A stretch of 64,000 bases of DNA from Mobula hypostoma (taxonomy: Eukaryota), in the NCBI RefSeq assembly GCF_963921235.1, contig NC_086108.1, positions 30,444,001 through 30,508,000 on the forward strand, written 5' to 3'. The translations under genes and the position numbers were made by a program. Under the pieces are notes generated by a model, which did no database searches, was not told where the DNA came from, and saw only the letters and a list, made by a program, of their open reading frames with translations. Positions 50,840 through 63,780 of this stretch are shown here, one piece after another (position 1 is the stretch's first letter; every line of letters starts with the position of its first letter).

Positions 50840-51560
50840 TGAGAAAGTAATGGCAAATTGAGTTTAGTTTGGATGAAGTGTGAGGTGTTTTATTTTAGAA
50901 AGTCAAATCTAGGTAGGATTTTCACAGTGAACAGTAAGATCCTGGGGAGGGTTATAGAACAGAAGGACCTTAGAATGTGGTACATGGTTCACTGAAAGAG
51001 ACAGAGGTAGACAATGGATGCAGGTTTGGTGCGTTGACCTTCATAAATCAGGCCATTGAGTATGAAAGTTGGGAAGTCATGGTACAATAGTATAGGACCC
51101 TTCAGAGGCCACACTTGGATTATTGTTCTCAGTTTTGGTCACCCTACAATATGAAAGATGACATTTCAATAGAAAGAGTGCAGAAAATGTTTACAAGGAT
51201 GTTGTTCAGACTGCAGGACGGAGTTATAGGGAAAGGTTGGACAATTTAGGACTTTATTCCTTGTAGCTGGTGAGACTGAAAACTGATCTTATAAAGGTTT
51301 ATAAAATCATGATGGGCATAGAGAGGGTGAAAGGAGTCAATCTTTTTCCCAGGGTTGGGGAATCAAAAATTAGAGGGCATATATTTAAAATGAGATAGAG
51401 AAGATTTAAGAGGAATGAGGGGTAATTTTTTTTTACACAAAGTGATTGCACCTTTTTTGACCTGCCAAAGGAAGTGGTTGAGGCAGGTACAACAACTTTT
51501 AAGAGACATGCACATAAGTTGGAAGCGTTTAGAAAATTAAGGGCCAAATGTGGAGAGTAA
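50840..51560 (+). mobile_element. Old CR1 3' fragment
   Basis: RPHLDYCSQFWSP and FPRVGESKIRGH remnants. Confidence 0.7.
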
Positions 51561-51569
51561 ATGTTTTCC

Positions 51570-51770
51570 CTACGGCTATACGGTTTTCCTCCAGGTTCAT
51601 CCAATGTCGCAAAAGTGTATGGGTTGGTTGGTTAATTGGCCTGTGCAAATTGTCCCTAGTGTGAAGATGCTCAGTAGAATCTTAGGGCAAGTGTCAGAAG
51701 CAGAAAGCGGGATTTAGTGTAAGATTGGAGCAAAGGAATGTGTAGTGTTTGGCACAGACTCGGTAAGTTC
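51570..51770 (+). mobile_element. SINE body fragment
   Basis: ggttttcctccagg..ggttaattggc..aaattgtccct. Confidence 0.5.
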
Positions 51771-53569
51771 AAGCGCCTACTCAAACTCTTATAACACACT
51801 CCTTGGTAATTTTCTGCCTGGGGCCTCTGTCACAGACAACTTGCCCCCTCTAGCCACTGCTCTTCATCAGGTTGCATGTGATCTTACTTGCACCCTTTCT
51901 CCATCCATTTCTCCCCTACCTGCAGTTCCTGTCTGTTATATAACTACACTTCCCTGGAGCTCAGTAAGTAGCCCTGAAATGTGGCATGTCCTTTTAAGAA
52001 CTCAGTGCCAGTTGCAGGGGGAACTGTAGTGAAAGGTAATAAAGCATGTTTTATGCTTCATAAAAGTACAGCACCCAGAACTTCTGAGTGAAACTACAGG
52101 GACATCACCTTATACAAGGAACAAAAAATCAAACTGCCAGAAGAACTCAACGAATGGACTCTGATCTCAGTGGAAAGTGTAACTAAACATGAAAAGTCCA
52201 GGTGAGTAAAATTTAGCCCAGTCCCTCACAATGTGATCTTCTTTGTGAGATTATTGGAGGGATGTAGAGATGCAACTCTTTCCTTGTTCACACTAATGGT
52301 TAGAAGTAAGACATTAGGCGACATTATCAAACACAATGTAACGCAACTTAAGTAGACCCAGAATTGATACAACTGCACGACATGACACCCCAATGGCACT
52401 GATTGTTGCAGAAAAGATTTTTTTTTCATTAAGTGAGTTTTGTTGACCTTTCGGGGTTATTCTTGTTTCTACCCACTCGGTATCTTTTCATTTTATTTGG
52501 CTTATAAAATCATTGAAAACAACTATCACTTTCAATTTAAATGTCTTTGTGGTTATATATTCGAAAGCAAAAGTCATGAAATGGAAACCTGAGCTTAAAA
52601 GCGAGTTTGGCAGAACTTGGGCTGCATTTTTGTTCACGCCAGAGTCTAAATTAAGTTCAAAGTTCAAAGTGCATTTATTATCAAAGTATGTATGCAGTAT
52701 ATAACTCTGAAATTTGTCTTCCCTACAGACAGTCATGAAACACGGGACCACAGAACCAATCCATTCAAAGAAAAACATCAAATATCCAACAGCCCTCCTC
52801 CTCCAGTGCTAAAAAAATTGCACAAATGGCAACAAAAAAAAATCAAAAACACAGAATATAAAACTCAAAAGGAATATTTCAGCTCAGCACAAAAGGAATA
52901 TTTCAGCTCATCGCTGATATAATTTATGTATACATAATTATGATATAATTTATTCTTGTGTGATGCCACTGCAAGCAAATTATTCATTGCTCCTATACCT
53001 TACTGTACTGTACACATGACAGTAAACTCGACTTGACTGCAGTTGGCGAGACATAGTTGCTTCTTCAAGAGCAGATTTGTGTATCAGTCAGGTTCTTGTG
53101 ACAAATAGTGAAAATCATCGATGTTGAGAGGAACTGTGCATTAGAGTTTGTCTTTTACTGAATTTGCTATGTAGACCCAGGATTGGACAGCACCTGAATT
53201 AGCAGGTTCAACAGGCTTGCCTCAAAAAACAGACAACCCCCAACTAGCACACAAGAATTCAGTCTCAAATTTCAGCTATGCTATGCTCACCATATCAAAA
53301 TCTTCTTTTTTTCCGTTTTGTTAAAAATAGAATTTGAGTTCTCAGGTAGTCCTGGTGGAATGTAACATCTTCATTTCCTGGTATGGATTTTGAAACAATG
53401 AGTTACTTATCACAGAGAAACAGCTTCTACTTCATTGCATGAATAAAACCGCCTCCCAATTGTGAAATTTCTGCTGTAAGGTGAATAACCTCAGCTCCTG
53501 CAGTTTCTTCATATAATGGGCAACCTTCAAATCAGCTGTCCATGAAAGTTATATGTATAAATTGGTGAA

Positions 53570-54160
53570 GTGGTTTTTTACTGTCACATGTACTGAGTTT
53601 TACAAACCATCCATACAGGTCATTCCAGTATAGTGTTGCATTGAGGTAGTACAAAGGCCAACAACAGCAGAATACAAAATGAAGGGTTACAGTCACAGAG
53701 AAGGTGCAATGTAGGCAAAAAATATGGTACAAGGCATAACAAGGCCATGATGAGGTAAATTGTGAGATCATGAAACCATCTTATCGTAATAGGGGACTTG
53801 TTACAGTGGAATAGGAACTGCCCTTCAGCATGATGGTATGTGCTGTCAGGCTTTTCTTTTTTCTGCTCAATGTGAGGGGGGAGAGGAGAGAATATTTGGG
53901 GTGGGAGGGATCTTTGATTATGTTGGCTTCCTTACTAAGGCAGTAAGAAGTCTAGACAGAGTTCACACTGGGTTGCTAGTTTCCATGATGTGCTGAGCCG
54001 TGTCCATAACTCTCTGTTGTTTCTTGCTGTCCAAGGCAGATATATTACCATACAAGCTGTGGTACTTCAGATGGGAAGCTTTCTATGATGCATTGATAAA
54101 AAATAATGAGGTTCAAAGGGATATTTTGAATATCTTTAGCCTCCTGAGGAAGTAGAGATG
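53570..54160 (-). mobile_element. Old Rex1-like 3' fragment
   Basis: Diverged similarity to the other Rex1 tails in the window. Confidence 0.5.
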
Positions 54161-54164
54161 CGGG

Positions 54165-54805
54165 CGGACCTCATTCCAGAGATTTCATCGGACAGACCTC
54201 TCCTGACACACCACTGCAGTAGTATGGGATTCTTCTTTCTTCAGCAGATCCTTGAGGCATGGGGTGACTGAAGAGTCCCTTGTGAGATCTTCAGACTCTG
54301 CCGCAGGCACAGCCATTTGGGTCAGATAGGTGGGTTGCTGGGGTCTGCTATTTACATTTGACTTCCATATGCTTCCAGAGAGACTTCAAGAGCTCGTCCC
54401 CTTCCTGACACTTCCGTACCATTTTAAGCAGTCATGGGTCAGAGTTTCCCACCAGTCTGTGCATATGTTACATTTTTTTCATGGAGATTCTGAGGACCTC
54501 TTTGAAGTAGTTTCTCCATCGTTTTGGAAACATCCTCCAGAGATGGAGCTGATTTAGTGTGACTAAAGCCTCCAGGCTGGAAATGTTGACTGAGACAGGG
54601 TGCCGACAAGAACCAACCGCCATTACAATGCAAACAACAGGAATTCTGCTGATGCTGGAAATTCAGGACGAAGGGTCTCGGCCTGAAACGTCGACTGCAC
54701 CTCTTCCTATAGATGCTGCTTGGCCTGCTGCGTTCACCAGCAACTTTGATGTATGTTGCCATTACAATGGACTGCATACTCGGTATTCCATCACTCATCA
54801 TCAAT
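54165..54805 (-). mobile_element. RTE LINE 3' fragment
   Basis: Remnants resembling NISSLEALVTLNQL..FKEVLRISMKKCNI..WETLTHD. Confidence 0.55.
54631..54757. mobile_element. 127-bp Penelope-derived mini insertion
   Basis: 12-bp TSD GCCATTACAATG at 54619-54630 and 54758-54769; pseudo-LTR sequence nearly identical to 43605-43729. Confidence 0.88.
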
Positions 54806-54808
54806 CCC

Positions 54809-57800
54809 TGTTATGATACGCACCCAACTGCACCAGCTTCCATGGTTTAGATGCTCTAGCTCTCCGGAATTTAGCTAGCTGGCGTGACCCCTTTAAGGAT
54901 TCAGGGCCATCTCATTAATTGGCAGCCATGTTTTGGCACCAGGATTTCAATATTTAAGAAACACGTGAAAGGCGGCTCAGTGCTCAGTTGTCAGTTCTAC
55001 TTGGATTATTGCCTAGCATTTAGATTAGTATTCTGCTCTTGCTTCAGTCTTGCATCCTGTCTTGATTCCAGCTTTGTATCACTTGGGACCAACCACCCTC
55101 ACTTAGGTCCCTTGTCACAGTACGATTTAGCCAGACATGGACCCAGCAGGGTATTGAAGCCTCTTGTCCACTGTGGGCAGCCACAGAGAGAGGACTTCTA
55201 GCCAGAGTAAGGAGATACGCACCTCCAGGTTGCCGTGTGCCAACTTTTGCAAGGGGGAAGCCAGAGTCACTCAGGTGAGGCTGTCGATCGCTCTGCAGAG
55301 CCAGTACATTTTCCAGCCCCCGAGAGATTCAACGGTGACCCAGGTTCTTGTCGTGGCTTCCTCATTCAAAGCTCATTGTTGTTCAAAATCTAGCCATCAA
55401 GGTTCCCTTCGGAGTGTGGAAAGGTGGCCCTCATTATCTTTCTCCTGACTGGGAGAGCCCTGGCCTGGGCCACCACGCGTTGGGAATAAAGGTTGGAGAT
55501 TTGCTTGGATTCAGAGGAATTCATATCTGCCATGAGGAAGGTATTCCGTAATCCCGAGGCAAGCCAAGCCTTGGACTGTCAGATTCAGGTGCGTCAGGAC
55601 AGACGGTCAGAGGCCGACTATGCTATTGAGTTTTGGACTTTGGCAGAAGAAAGTGGTTGGAATGGGGAAGCCTTGACCACTCTACACCACCATGGACTCT
55701 GAGATGAACTAATGGATGTCCTCACCTTGGGAGAACCACAGAGAACTTAGGGGTTCTGATTGACCAGTCCATCCGCCTCGATAATCGTCTGGCGGAACGT
55801 ATGTGGAACTACTTCAAGAGGTTGAAGAACGCTAGCTCAAGCCTGGCCTCAACACATCACAATTCCACTCCCCAATCTTGGACATTGACCAGCCTGTCTC
55901 CTGCTCTGGATCCTGTCGAGCCCGCGCAAATTGTCTGCACAAGACTCTCTGCCGATGAGCGGTCCCGGCATCAGGGTTAAAGTGGCCGCTAACTGCAGGG
56001 ACAAAGATCACCTGAGGGTTAAATGTCCGAATCTGTAACCACTGAGAGAACTGCTTAGACCGTCCAGTGTTGGGAGGGCAGTAATGGTAGCAGCCGCTAC
56101 TCCAAACCCCATGGATTCTGGTCTTGCACTGCAGGCAAAGATCTCCTGGGGTACGAACCAATGAGAGGTGAATGCCTAGGGCAGCTGGTAATATCCTGGA
56201 CTTGGGGAGCGTCCATCAGCTCAACGTAATGCTGCAGGAAGTGACCCAGCACATGCCAGCAACTGTCCTGGACAACCACCTGCTAGGTTCTAGGCTAGTG
56301 GTCGCCAGCCGGTCGATCGTTGAGCCTTTCCCAGTAGATCCCGAAAAAAATGAAAAATAAATAAATACACAAATACTGTTGTAATGTGAGCATTTTAAAA
56401 ATAAGTAATACTAATTAGGATAATGGTAATATAGCAATACTCTAGCTACTGAAAGCTGTTTGTAAAGAGAGATAGTTTCTGGGTTGCGGGGTTTTAGTTC
56501 TGTTCTTTCTGCCCAGTACACATGTGTGTGTGTAGCTCCCCCGCCATGCACCGCGGTAGAAAAGACCGGAAGTAAAACCTTGCAACCCTTGAAGCAACCT
56601 CTCTTTACAAACAGCTTTCCGTAGCTGCGCAGCTACGGGATTACTATATTATCATTATCCTAATTTGTATTAACTTAACTTTATAATGTTCATGTTACAA
56701 CAGTTCTCACCCTTTAAATTCCAACATTTCCCAAATATAAATAACTGGGAAACAAAAAACAGTGGTGTCATTATCTTGCATACCTCTGAAACTTATACTA
56801 GCATCTCAGTAACAGTTTACCAATAAAAAAACACCTGAAAAATGTGGCAGTTTCAATATTCAGTCTAACAAAGGAAACAGTCCCTTCAAATATTCAGTCT
56901 GTCAGGAGGTTTGCGAGAGCACTGTGCTGCAACAGATGAAAATTATGAAATCTATGTACGGGTACTGTCTTACTGGCAGACATCTCACAGACTGTCTCAG
57001 ACTGGCTGTCTGTAGTTATGAGCCAAATTTCAGGGATCTAGCAGAAAGTATTCAGCCCCAGTCATCACACTGAGTGCAACAGTCAATTTTTATTTATTTG
57101 TTTTTCGTGTTGAAATAAAATTAAATAATGAAACATAGAATTAAAGGTGTTGTAATGTGAGCATTATAAAAATAAGTAGTACTAATTAAGATAATGGTAA
57201 TATAGCAATACTCCAGTTACTGAAAGCTGTTTGTAAAGAGAGATTGTTTCCTGGTTGTGGGGTTTTACCTCTGGTCTTTTCTGCCCGGTGCACATGCATG
57301 TGACTAAACGATTTAGTAGGTCGATCTTTCCTTTCACTAAGGCTGAGGTAGGGGATCTTGGGCTTAAGAAGGTTGGCGACCACTATTCTAGGCAGATCCA
57401 GGCAGTAGTCAGGGGTTTTGCAGATGAGGATGGAGATCATGTGGAGGTCTTTAGCTTCTGTAGCAATGATTTGCTTGTCATACCCCTGATCTTTGGGCAC
57501 CCTTGGCTGTCCCAGATTAGCCCTTTTGTGAGCTGGAAGTGAGGATTATTTCTTGGTCCAGTCATTACAAGAGGTATGTATTTGATATGATTTTCTGATC
57601 TCCAGACTCTCCTGAAACCAACGCTCGATGAGGGGGCAGGGTAACCTGAAGCCTTCTGGAGACCCAGTCCTGCCCTAAAGGAGAGACAAGCCAACTTTGG
57701 CCAACAGGACTGTGTGAATCTTGATCCTCTTTAGTCAGAGGCACATTGGAGCTAGTGAGAAGGGGATTTCTAGTTCAGGAGCAAACCAAGGAGTCTAGAA

Positions 57801-59780
57801 CAGACTCTACCTGCTAAGCCTAAGGGATCCAGTTGCCAGATCTCCACTAAAGGAAAGACTCCTAAACACAGACCTTCAGAGCATAGTCCTGGGGGTTTAA
57901 GGGGCATTTGTTATGCTTCGTTGCCATTGTCTGAAAATGTGGACAAGGATTTGGACTTTAATTCGGCCATTGTTTCAACGAAGGAGTCCAGTGAACCCAT
58001 GGAGGAGACTCTGAGGTCTGTTGAATGACCCCTGCCACCCAAGGAGCCTCGGAAGTCACCCTTGAAGAAAGATTTGGAGTTAATTGTAACACCCAAACTG
58101 TACGAAATCCCTTCTGTCAACAAAGATTTGAAAGACGTCTTCAGCAAGGGAAAGGCCTCAACTCTTTTACTGCACCAACTCAACAGCTGTGCAATAGATC
58201 TGCTGCCTGATACTTGTCCTCTGCAGGGCCAATTGTACCCCTTGTCAGTCCCAGAGAGAAGTGCATTGATTACAGAGGGTTGAATCGCATAACGGCCAAG
58301 AATCGTTAGCTCCTTCTGCTCATGAACACTGTCTTTGAGATTCTTCAAGGGGCAAGTGTATACTCAGAGCTAAACAGGCGGAGTGCATACAATCTGATCC
58401 ACATAAATGAGGGCAACGTGTGTGAAATTGCATTCAACATGCCAACAGGGCACTATGGGTCCCTGGTCATGCACTTCAGCTGTGCAAATGCTCCAGCAGT
58501 TTTCCAGGCCTTTTTATACAATGTGCTTGGGAATGCTCTCCACAAGTATGTCGTCATCTACATGAATGACATACATATCTTCTCAAAGTCCATGGAGGAG
58601 CATGTCGCTCACATCAGGGTCATTTTAATAGGCATTTAGACCATGGACTTTACGTCAAGCTGGAGAAATCCGAATTTCACGTGACCACCATTTCATTTTT
58701 GGGTTTTATCATCTCTAGTGGCAATCTCAAGATGGATCCTACTAACAGACAGGCAGTCAGAGATTGGTCACAATCATCCAAGGTGAAACAAGTCCAATGA
58801 TACTTGAGATATGTCAACTTTTCCTGGAAGTTCTTCAAGAACTTCAGCTCAGTGGTAGCTCCACTGACAGCTCTGTGTAAGGAACCCATGGGCTCTTTTT
58901 CTGGATTACTGAAGCAGAGCAGCTTTTGCAGGGCTCAAACAGCTGTTCAGGACAGCTCCTTCTTTGGTTTCACCTAATCTGGACCTTCCCTTCATCATGG
59001 GGGTGGATACCTCAGATATCGGAGTGGGTGCATTGTTGTCTCGACGGACACCTTCAGACAGTAAACGGCACCCACGTGCATTCTTCTCCAGGTGGCTATT
59101 GCTGGCAGAAGGGAACTATGACATTGGGAACGGAGAGCTGCTCACAGTTAAGTTGGCTCTGGAGGAATGGTGTCACTGACTTGAGGGAGCCAGAAACCCT
59201 TTTATCGTTTGGATAGACCACAGAACCTGGCTTGTATTCAGGAGGCTAAGAGATTGAATTCCAGGCAGGCCAGACGGTCTCTTTCCTTTAGATGCTTTAA
59301 TTTCATCCTGACCTCTCGACCAGTACCAAAAAACCAGAAACCAGATGTCTTGTCCAAACAACAGGAATCTACTACTATTTGAACCCAAGCCAAGGTAATA
59401 GCGCCAATTCATTGGGGAATCAGTGCTTTTCTTCCCAAGGCCCAGGCACAAGGGGAATTTCTTAAAAACACTTTTTCGGGTCAGCAGCTCATCCAGTTCC
59501 GTCCAGTCTCAGGTTCTTCAATGGGGACATGCATTGAGAATGACCACTCACCCACTGATTGTCAGAACCCTTGAGTTCATCAAGAGCAGATATTGGTGGC
59601 CTGGAATGGCAAGTGAGGTCCAACAATATGTGCAGGCATGTGAGGTGTATGCCCGGAACAAGGAGCCCTGTACCCAACCTCAAGGACTCTTTCATCCACT
59701 GCCTGTTTCAGACAGACCATGGCTGCACATCTCCATGTACTTTGTCATGGGTCTTCCACATTCCAGGGTCACGCTTGTAT
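54809..59780 (+). mobile_element. Degenerate Ty3/Gypsy (Sushi/Tf2-like): 5' LTR 54809-55119, gag, pol, truncated in integrase
   Basis: TGTTATGA...GTCACA LTR followed by PBS-like GTACGATTTAGCCA; RQDRRSEADYAIEFWTLAEESGWN, AYNLIHINEG, NYDIGNGELL, YWWPGM..PWLHISMYFV. Confidence 0.85.
56296..57385. mobile_element. Non-autonomous hAT element (1090 bp) nested in the Gypsy
   Basis: TIRs TAGTGGTCGCCAGCC / GGTTGGCGACCACTA; 8-bp TSD TTCTAGGC at 56288-56295 and 57386-57393. Confidence 0.92.
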
Positions 59781-59966
59781 GAGGTGTCAGGGAGAGGTAA
59801 CACCTCTGGTGGGGGAACATGTCGCGTCCTTTTCAAGGCGGTTAGCCCACCTTTGGTAGCCACCTGGCACTCAGCTCTCACCTGCGGCTCCCCGTAGCTG
59901 TTTGCATGCGACAGCGGCCACATCCTGGGCAACAGCTTCTACATGCCGGCTAAACCAGGTGAGGGT
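59781..59966 (+). ncRNA. Candidate HDV-like self-cleaving ribozyme
   Basis: P1 GAGGTGT/ACATCCT, P2 GCTCTCACCTG/CAGGTGAGGGT, P3 GGC/GCC, P1.1 CC/GG, P4 GCA..TGC, J4/2 GGCTAA. Confidence 0.6.
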
Positions 59967-60075
59967 AGCCGACGGGTCTCAAACCCTCGGTGAGATAGGG
60001 AGTTGTCTATCCCAGCATGTGAAGACAGACTCCGGCAGACTGAGTGGACGAGACCAATGGAAGGTCCAACGGTCC
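59781..60075 (+). mobile_element. RTE (BovB-like) 5' UTR fragment
   Basis: GC-rich structured leader recognised as an RTE-type 5' end from memory; begins where Gypsy homology stops. Confidence 0.55.
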
Positions 60076-60089
60076 CAACAGTGGCTGGG

Positions 60090-62165
60090 ATGTGGATGAC
60101 AGATTACAACAGGAATAAGAAAAGGCATGTCAAAAGGGCAAGGTTATGATAGTCATAAGTGATTTCAACATGCAGATTGATTGGGAAGATCAGGTTGGAA
60201 ATGGATCTCAAGAAATCATGACAGGGCCAAGGAGACAGCAGATGAACTAAATGAGTATTTTGCATCAGTCTTCACTGTGGAAGACACAAGCAGTGTGCCA
60301 GGTGTTGAAAAGTGTGGGGGCAGAGAAGAGAGTACAGTTACTATTACAAAGGAGAAGGTGCTCAAAAAGCTGACAGACCTAAGGGTACATAAGTCACTCA
60401 GACCAGATGAATTGCATCCGAGGGTTCTGAAAGAAGTAGCAGTAGAGAGGACTGGAAAATTGAAAATGTCACTCCACTCTTTAAAAAAGGAGGAAGGCAG
60501 CATAAAGGAAATTATACATCAGTTAGCCTGACCTCGGTGGTTGGGAAGCTGTTGGAGTCAATTTTTAAGAATGAGGTTATGGAGTACTTGCAGACACAGG
60601 ACAAGATAGGACAATACTAGTATGGTTTACTTAAGGGAAAATCTTGTCTAGTGAACCTGTTGGAATTTTTTGAGGAGATTACAAGTAGGATAGGTAAAGG
60701 AGATGTAGTAGATGCCATATATTTGGACTTTCGGAAGGCCTTCGACAAGGTGTCATAGATGAGGCTGCTCACCAAGTTAAGAGCCTATGGTGTTACAAGA
60801 AAGTTACTGGCATGTTAGAGCATTGGCTAATTGGTAGGAGGCAATGAGTGGGAAGAAAGGGATCCTTTACTGACTGGCTGCCAATGACTAGTGGTTTTCC
60901 GCAGGGGTTGTTGTTGGGACTGCTTCCTTTTTTTCTGTATATCAATGATTTGGATGATGGAATAGCTGGCTTTGTAGCCAAGTTTGCAGATGATATGAAG
61001 TTTGATGGAGGATTAGGTAGTGTTGAGGAAACAGGTAGACTGTAGAAAGTCTTGGACAGATTAGGAGAATGGGTGAGAGAGTGGTAAATGAAATACAATG
61101 TTGGAAAATGCATGGTTATGCACTTTGGTAGTAGTAATAAATATGCAGACTATTTTATAAACAGGGAGAAAATCAAAAACGTGGTGATGCAAAGGGACTT
61201 GGAAAGCCTTATGCAGAACATCCTAAACTTTAACTTGCAGGCTGAGTCACTGGTGAGGAAGGCAAAGGCAATGTTGGCATTCATTTCAGGAAGACTAGAA
61301 TGAAAGAGCAGGGATGTAATGCTGAGGCTTTAAAAGGCACTGGTGAGGACTCATGTTGAGTATTGTGAACATCTTAGAAAGTATGAGCTGGCAATGGTTC
61401 ACAATGATGATTCTGGGAAAGCAAGAGTTATCACATGAGGAATGTTTGATGACTTTAGGTCTGTACTCGCTGGAATTCAGAAGGATGAGGAGGGATCTCA
61501 TTGAAAGCTTTCGAATGTTGAAAGGCCGAGACAGAGTAGGTGTGGGAAGGGTATTTACCATGGTGGGGGAGACTAGGACAAGAAGGCACAGCCTCAGGGT
61601 AGAGGAGTGTCCATTTAAAACAGATGCTGAGAAATTTCTTTCACCAGGGAGTGGTGAATTTGTGGAATTTATTACCATAGGCAGCTGTGGAGGCCAGTTC
61701 GATGGGTGTATTTAAGGCAGAGCTTGATGGATTCTTTTTTTTAATATAAGTTTTATCAAATTTTCAAAAAGAATACATGAAAAGATAAAATCTACCCACC
61801 ACCCCTCCCCTTAACCCTCCCCCCCCCATATATAGTCCTACCTAAAAAGAAAGAAAGAGAAAAAAACAGAGCCGCCTGGGTATTGGAAGGTTTCCACATG
61901 CTCCATGGGATTCAAAATAAATTTGGTATAATTATTCGTTACTTTCCCCAAGTAACCAAAATCTTTATTGGAGCACCTAAATATGCCATCTTATCTTCTG
62001 TAAATAAAGCTTGATGGATTCTTGATTGGACGTGGCATCATAGGTTACAGGGAGAAGGTCAGGAAGTGGAGGTGAGGAGGGGAAAAAGGATCAACTATGA
62101 TTGAATGGTAGAGCAGACTGAATGGGCCAAATAGTCCAATTCTGCTCCTATGTCTTATAGTCTTA
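60090..62165 (+). mobile_element. Old CR1 LINE fragment
   Basis: LNEYFASVFT, SGFPQG..KFADD, LGLYSLEFRR; CR1 3' tail. Confidence 0.85.
61737..62007 (-). mobile_element. Short poly(A) retroposon, probably an L1 3'-type fragment, nested in the CR1
   Basis: Poly(T) at left end, G-rich tract on minus, 16-bp TSD AGCTTGATGGATTCTT at 61721-61736 and 62008-62023. Confidence 0.75.
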
Positions 62166-62589
62166 AAATATAGCTCTACTGTGAATCAACACAGACATTA
62201 CTCCAAATAGTATGCTTAAAATTATGCTAGAAATGATATCTGGGCACTGTTCAATAGTTAGCATAATTTGGGTAAGCTGAACACCTAAAATACGGCACTA
62301 AAGTAGTCAAATTTCTTATATCAAGAAGTACCTACCTTATTAATAATTAGTGTTAACTAACTCAGACATATGCACTAACTGGTAAAGGTCTGCTAATTCT
62401 TATTTGTCTGTGTAACACCATCTGTCGGGGCTTTGCACAGATAAATTTCTTGGCAACCAAATGATAGAAATTGGGGAAGGCAGCCACACGGTTTATCTGC
62501 CTCATTATTCCAGCTGTAAGAACACCACAGACTGGCCTTGCAAATGCTAAACAAGATAAGGTCCAACGTAAACTTTTCACTGTGTGAAA

Positions 62590-63225
62590 AGGCACCCAGG
62601 AAAGTGGAAGTTAGGAGAAAACACACCAATCCTCACTGAGGGGTCAGTGGTAAAAAACAGCGTCATGTTCCTCAGCCCAACATATTGGTGCTTTTTGAAG
62701 AATGCACACCAGTGTTTCTACTTCATTAGGAGTTTGAGGAGATTTGATATGTTGTCGAAGACTCTTGAAAATTTCAATATGTGTATGATGGAGAGCATTC
62801 TGCTTGGCTGCATCACAGCCTGGTAAGGAGCCTGCAATGCACAGGATCACAAGAAGTTGCAGGAACTTGTGGATTCAGCCAGCTCCATCAAAAGCACATC
62901 CCTCCCCACGATCAGGGACATCTTCAAGACGTGGTGCCTCAAGAAGGCTGCATCCATCACTACAGAGGACAGCCCTCTTGTTACAACACTGGGGAGGAGG
63001 TGCCGGAGACTGAAGACCAATGTAAAATGATTCAGGAACAGCTTCTTCCCCTCTGTCATTAGATTTCTGAATGGACCATGACGTCATGAGCACCAACTTG
63101 TTAATCCTTTTTTTTTTGCACCTTTTATTTATTTTGTTATTTATAGCAATTTTGTATCTTTGCACTGTATTGCTACCTCAATACTACAAATTACAGCTCA
63201 TAAAATCTTTGATAATAAACCTATT
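62590..63225 (+). mobile_element. Rex1/Babar 3' fragment
   Basis: CFYFIRSLRRF..ESILLGCITAW and FRNSFFPSVIRFLN. Confidence 0.75.
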
Positions 63226-63549
63226 CTATTTAAGAGGAATCACCATGCCATCCATTCCACTCCTCTATGCAACTCGAAAAGCACCTTAAGAACTTGTATT
63301 AAAGTATTATAATTAGAAGAGTGAGAATGAGGGTGTAGTGGGGGAGGGTCACAGCTACCCCTCATTAAGGGTTGGTAAAGGGGAGTGCTTGATGATGACT
63401 TTATGTACTGATAATGCCATGGGAGCCAAAGTGTATTGCTTAATGCACTCCTTTGCAATGTTCCACAGGAGTGAAGTCTTTCCCTGATTCATGATGTGTC
63501 AGTTGCATTAGAATCACAAAGCTAATTTATAAGAAAATACAAAGGGGAG

Positions 63550-63780
63550 GGAGGGAGGGAACGTCGACTCAGACCATGAGAGGCCTGCGTCGGGCATTTT
63601 CATGCTTTACAAGGCGCAGATTGGAGGTCTGTGTGGGGTGCCACTCCTCGAACAGACTAGAGCAATGTGTGGTTAAGTGCCTTGCTCAAGGGCACAAACA
63701 GGCTGCCAAAGTTGAGGCTCGAACTAGCGACCTTGAGATAACCAGACGAACGCCTTAACCACTTGGCCACATGCCCAACA
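63550..63780 (-). mobile_element. tRNA-derived SINE with CORE-like domain and (TCCC)n tail
   Basis: A box TGGCCAAGTGG, B box GTTCGAG, GTGCCCTTGAGCAAGGCACTTAACC. Confidence 0.8.

Noticed and set aside
52110..52207. Possible exon ending in a strong donor CAG/GTGAGT
   Set aside because: No polypyrimidine acceptor, part of it resembles a Penelope tail, and the peptide is unrecognisable
63690..63780. tRNA gene
   Set aside because: A and B boxes run into a SINE body and tail; no complete cloverleaf
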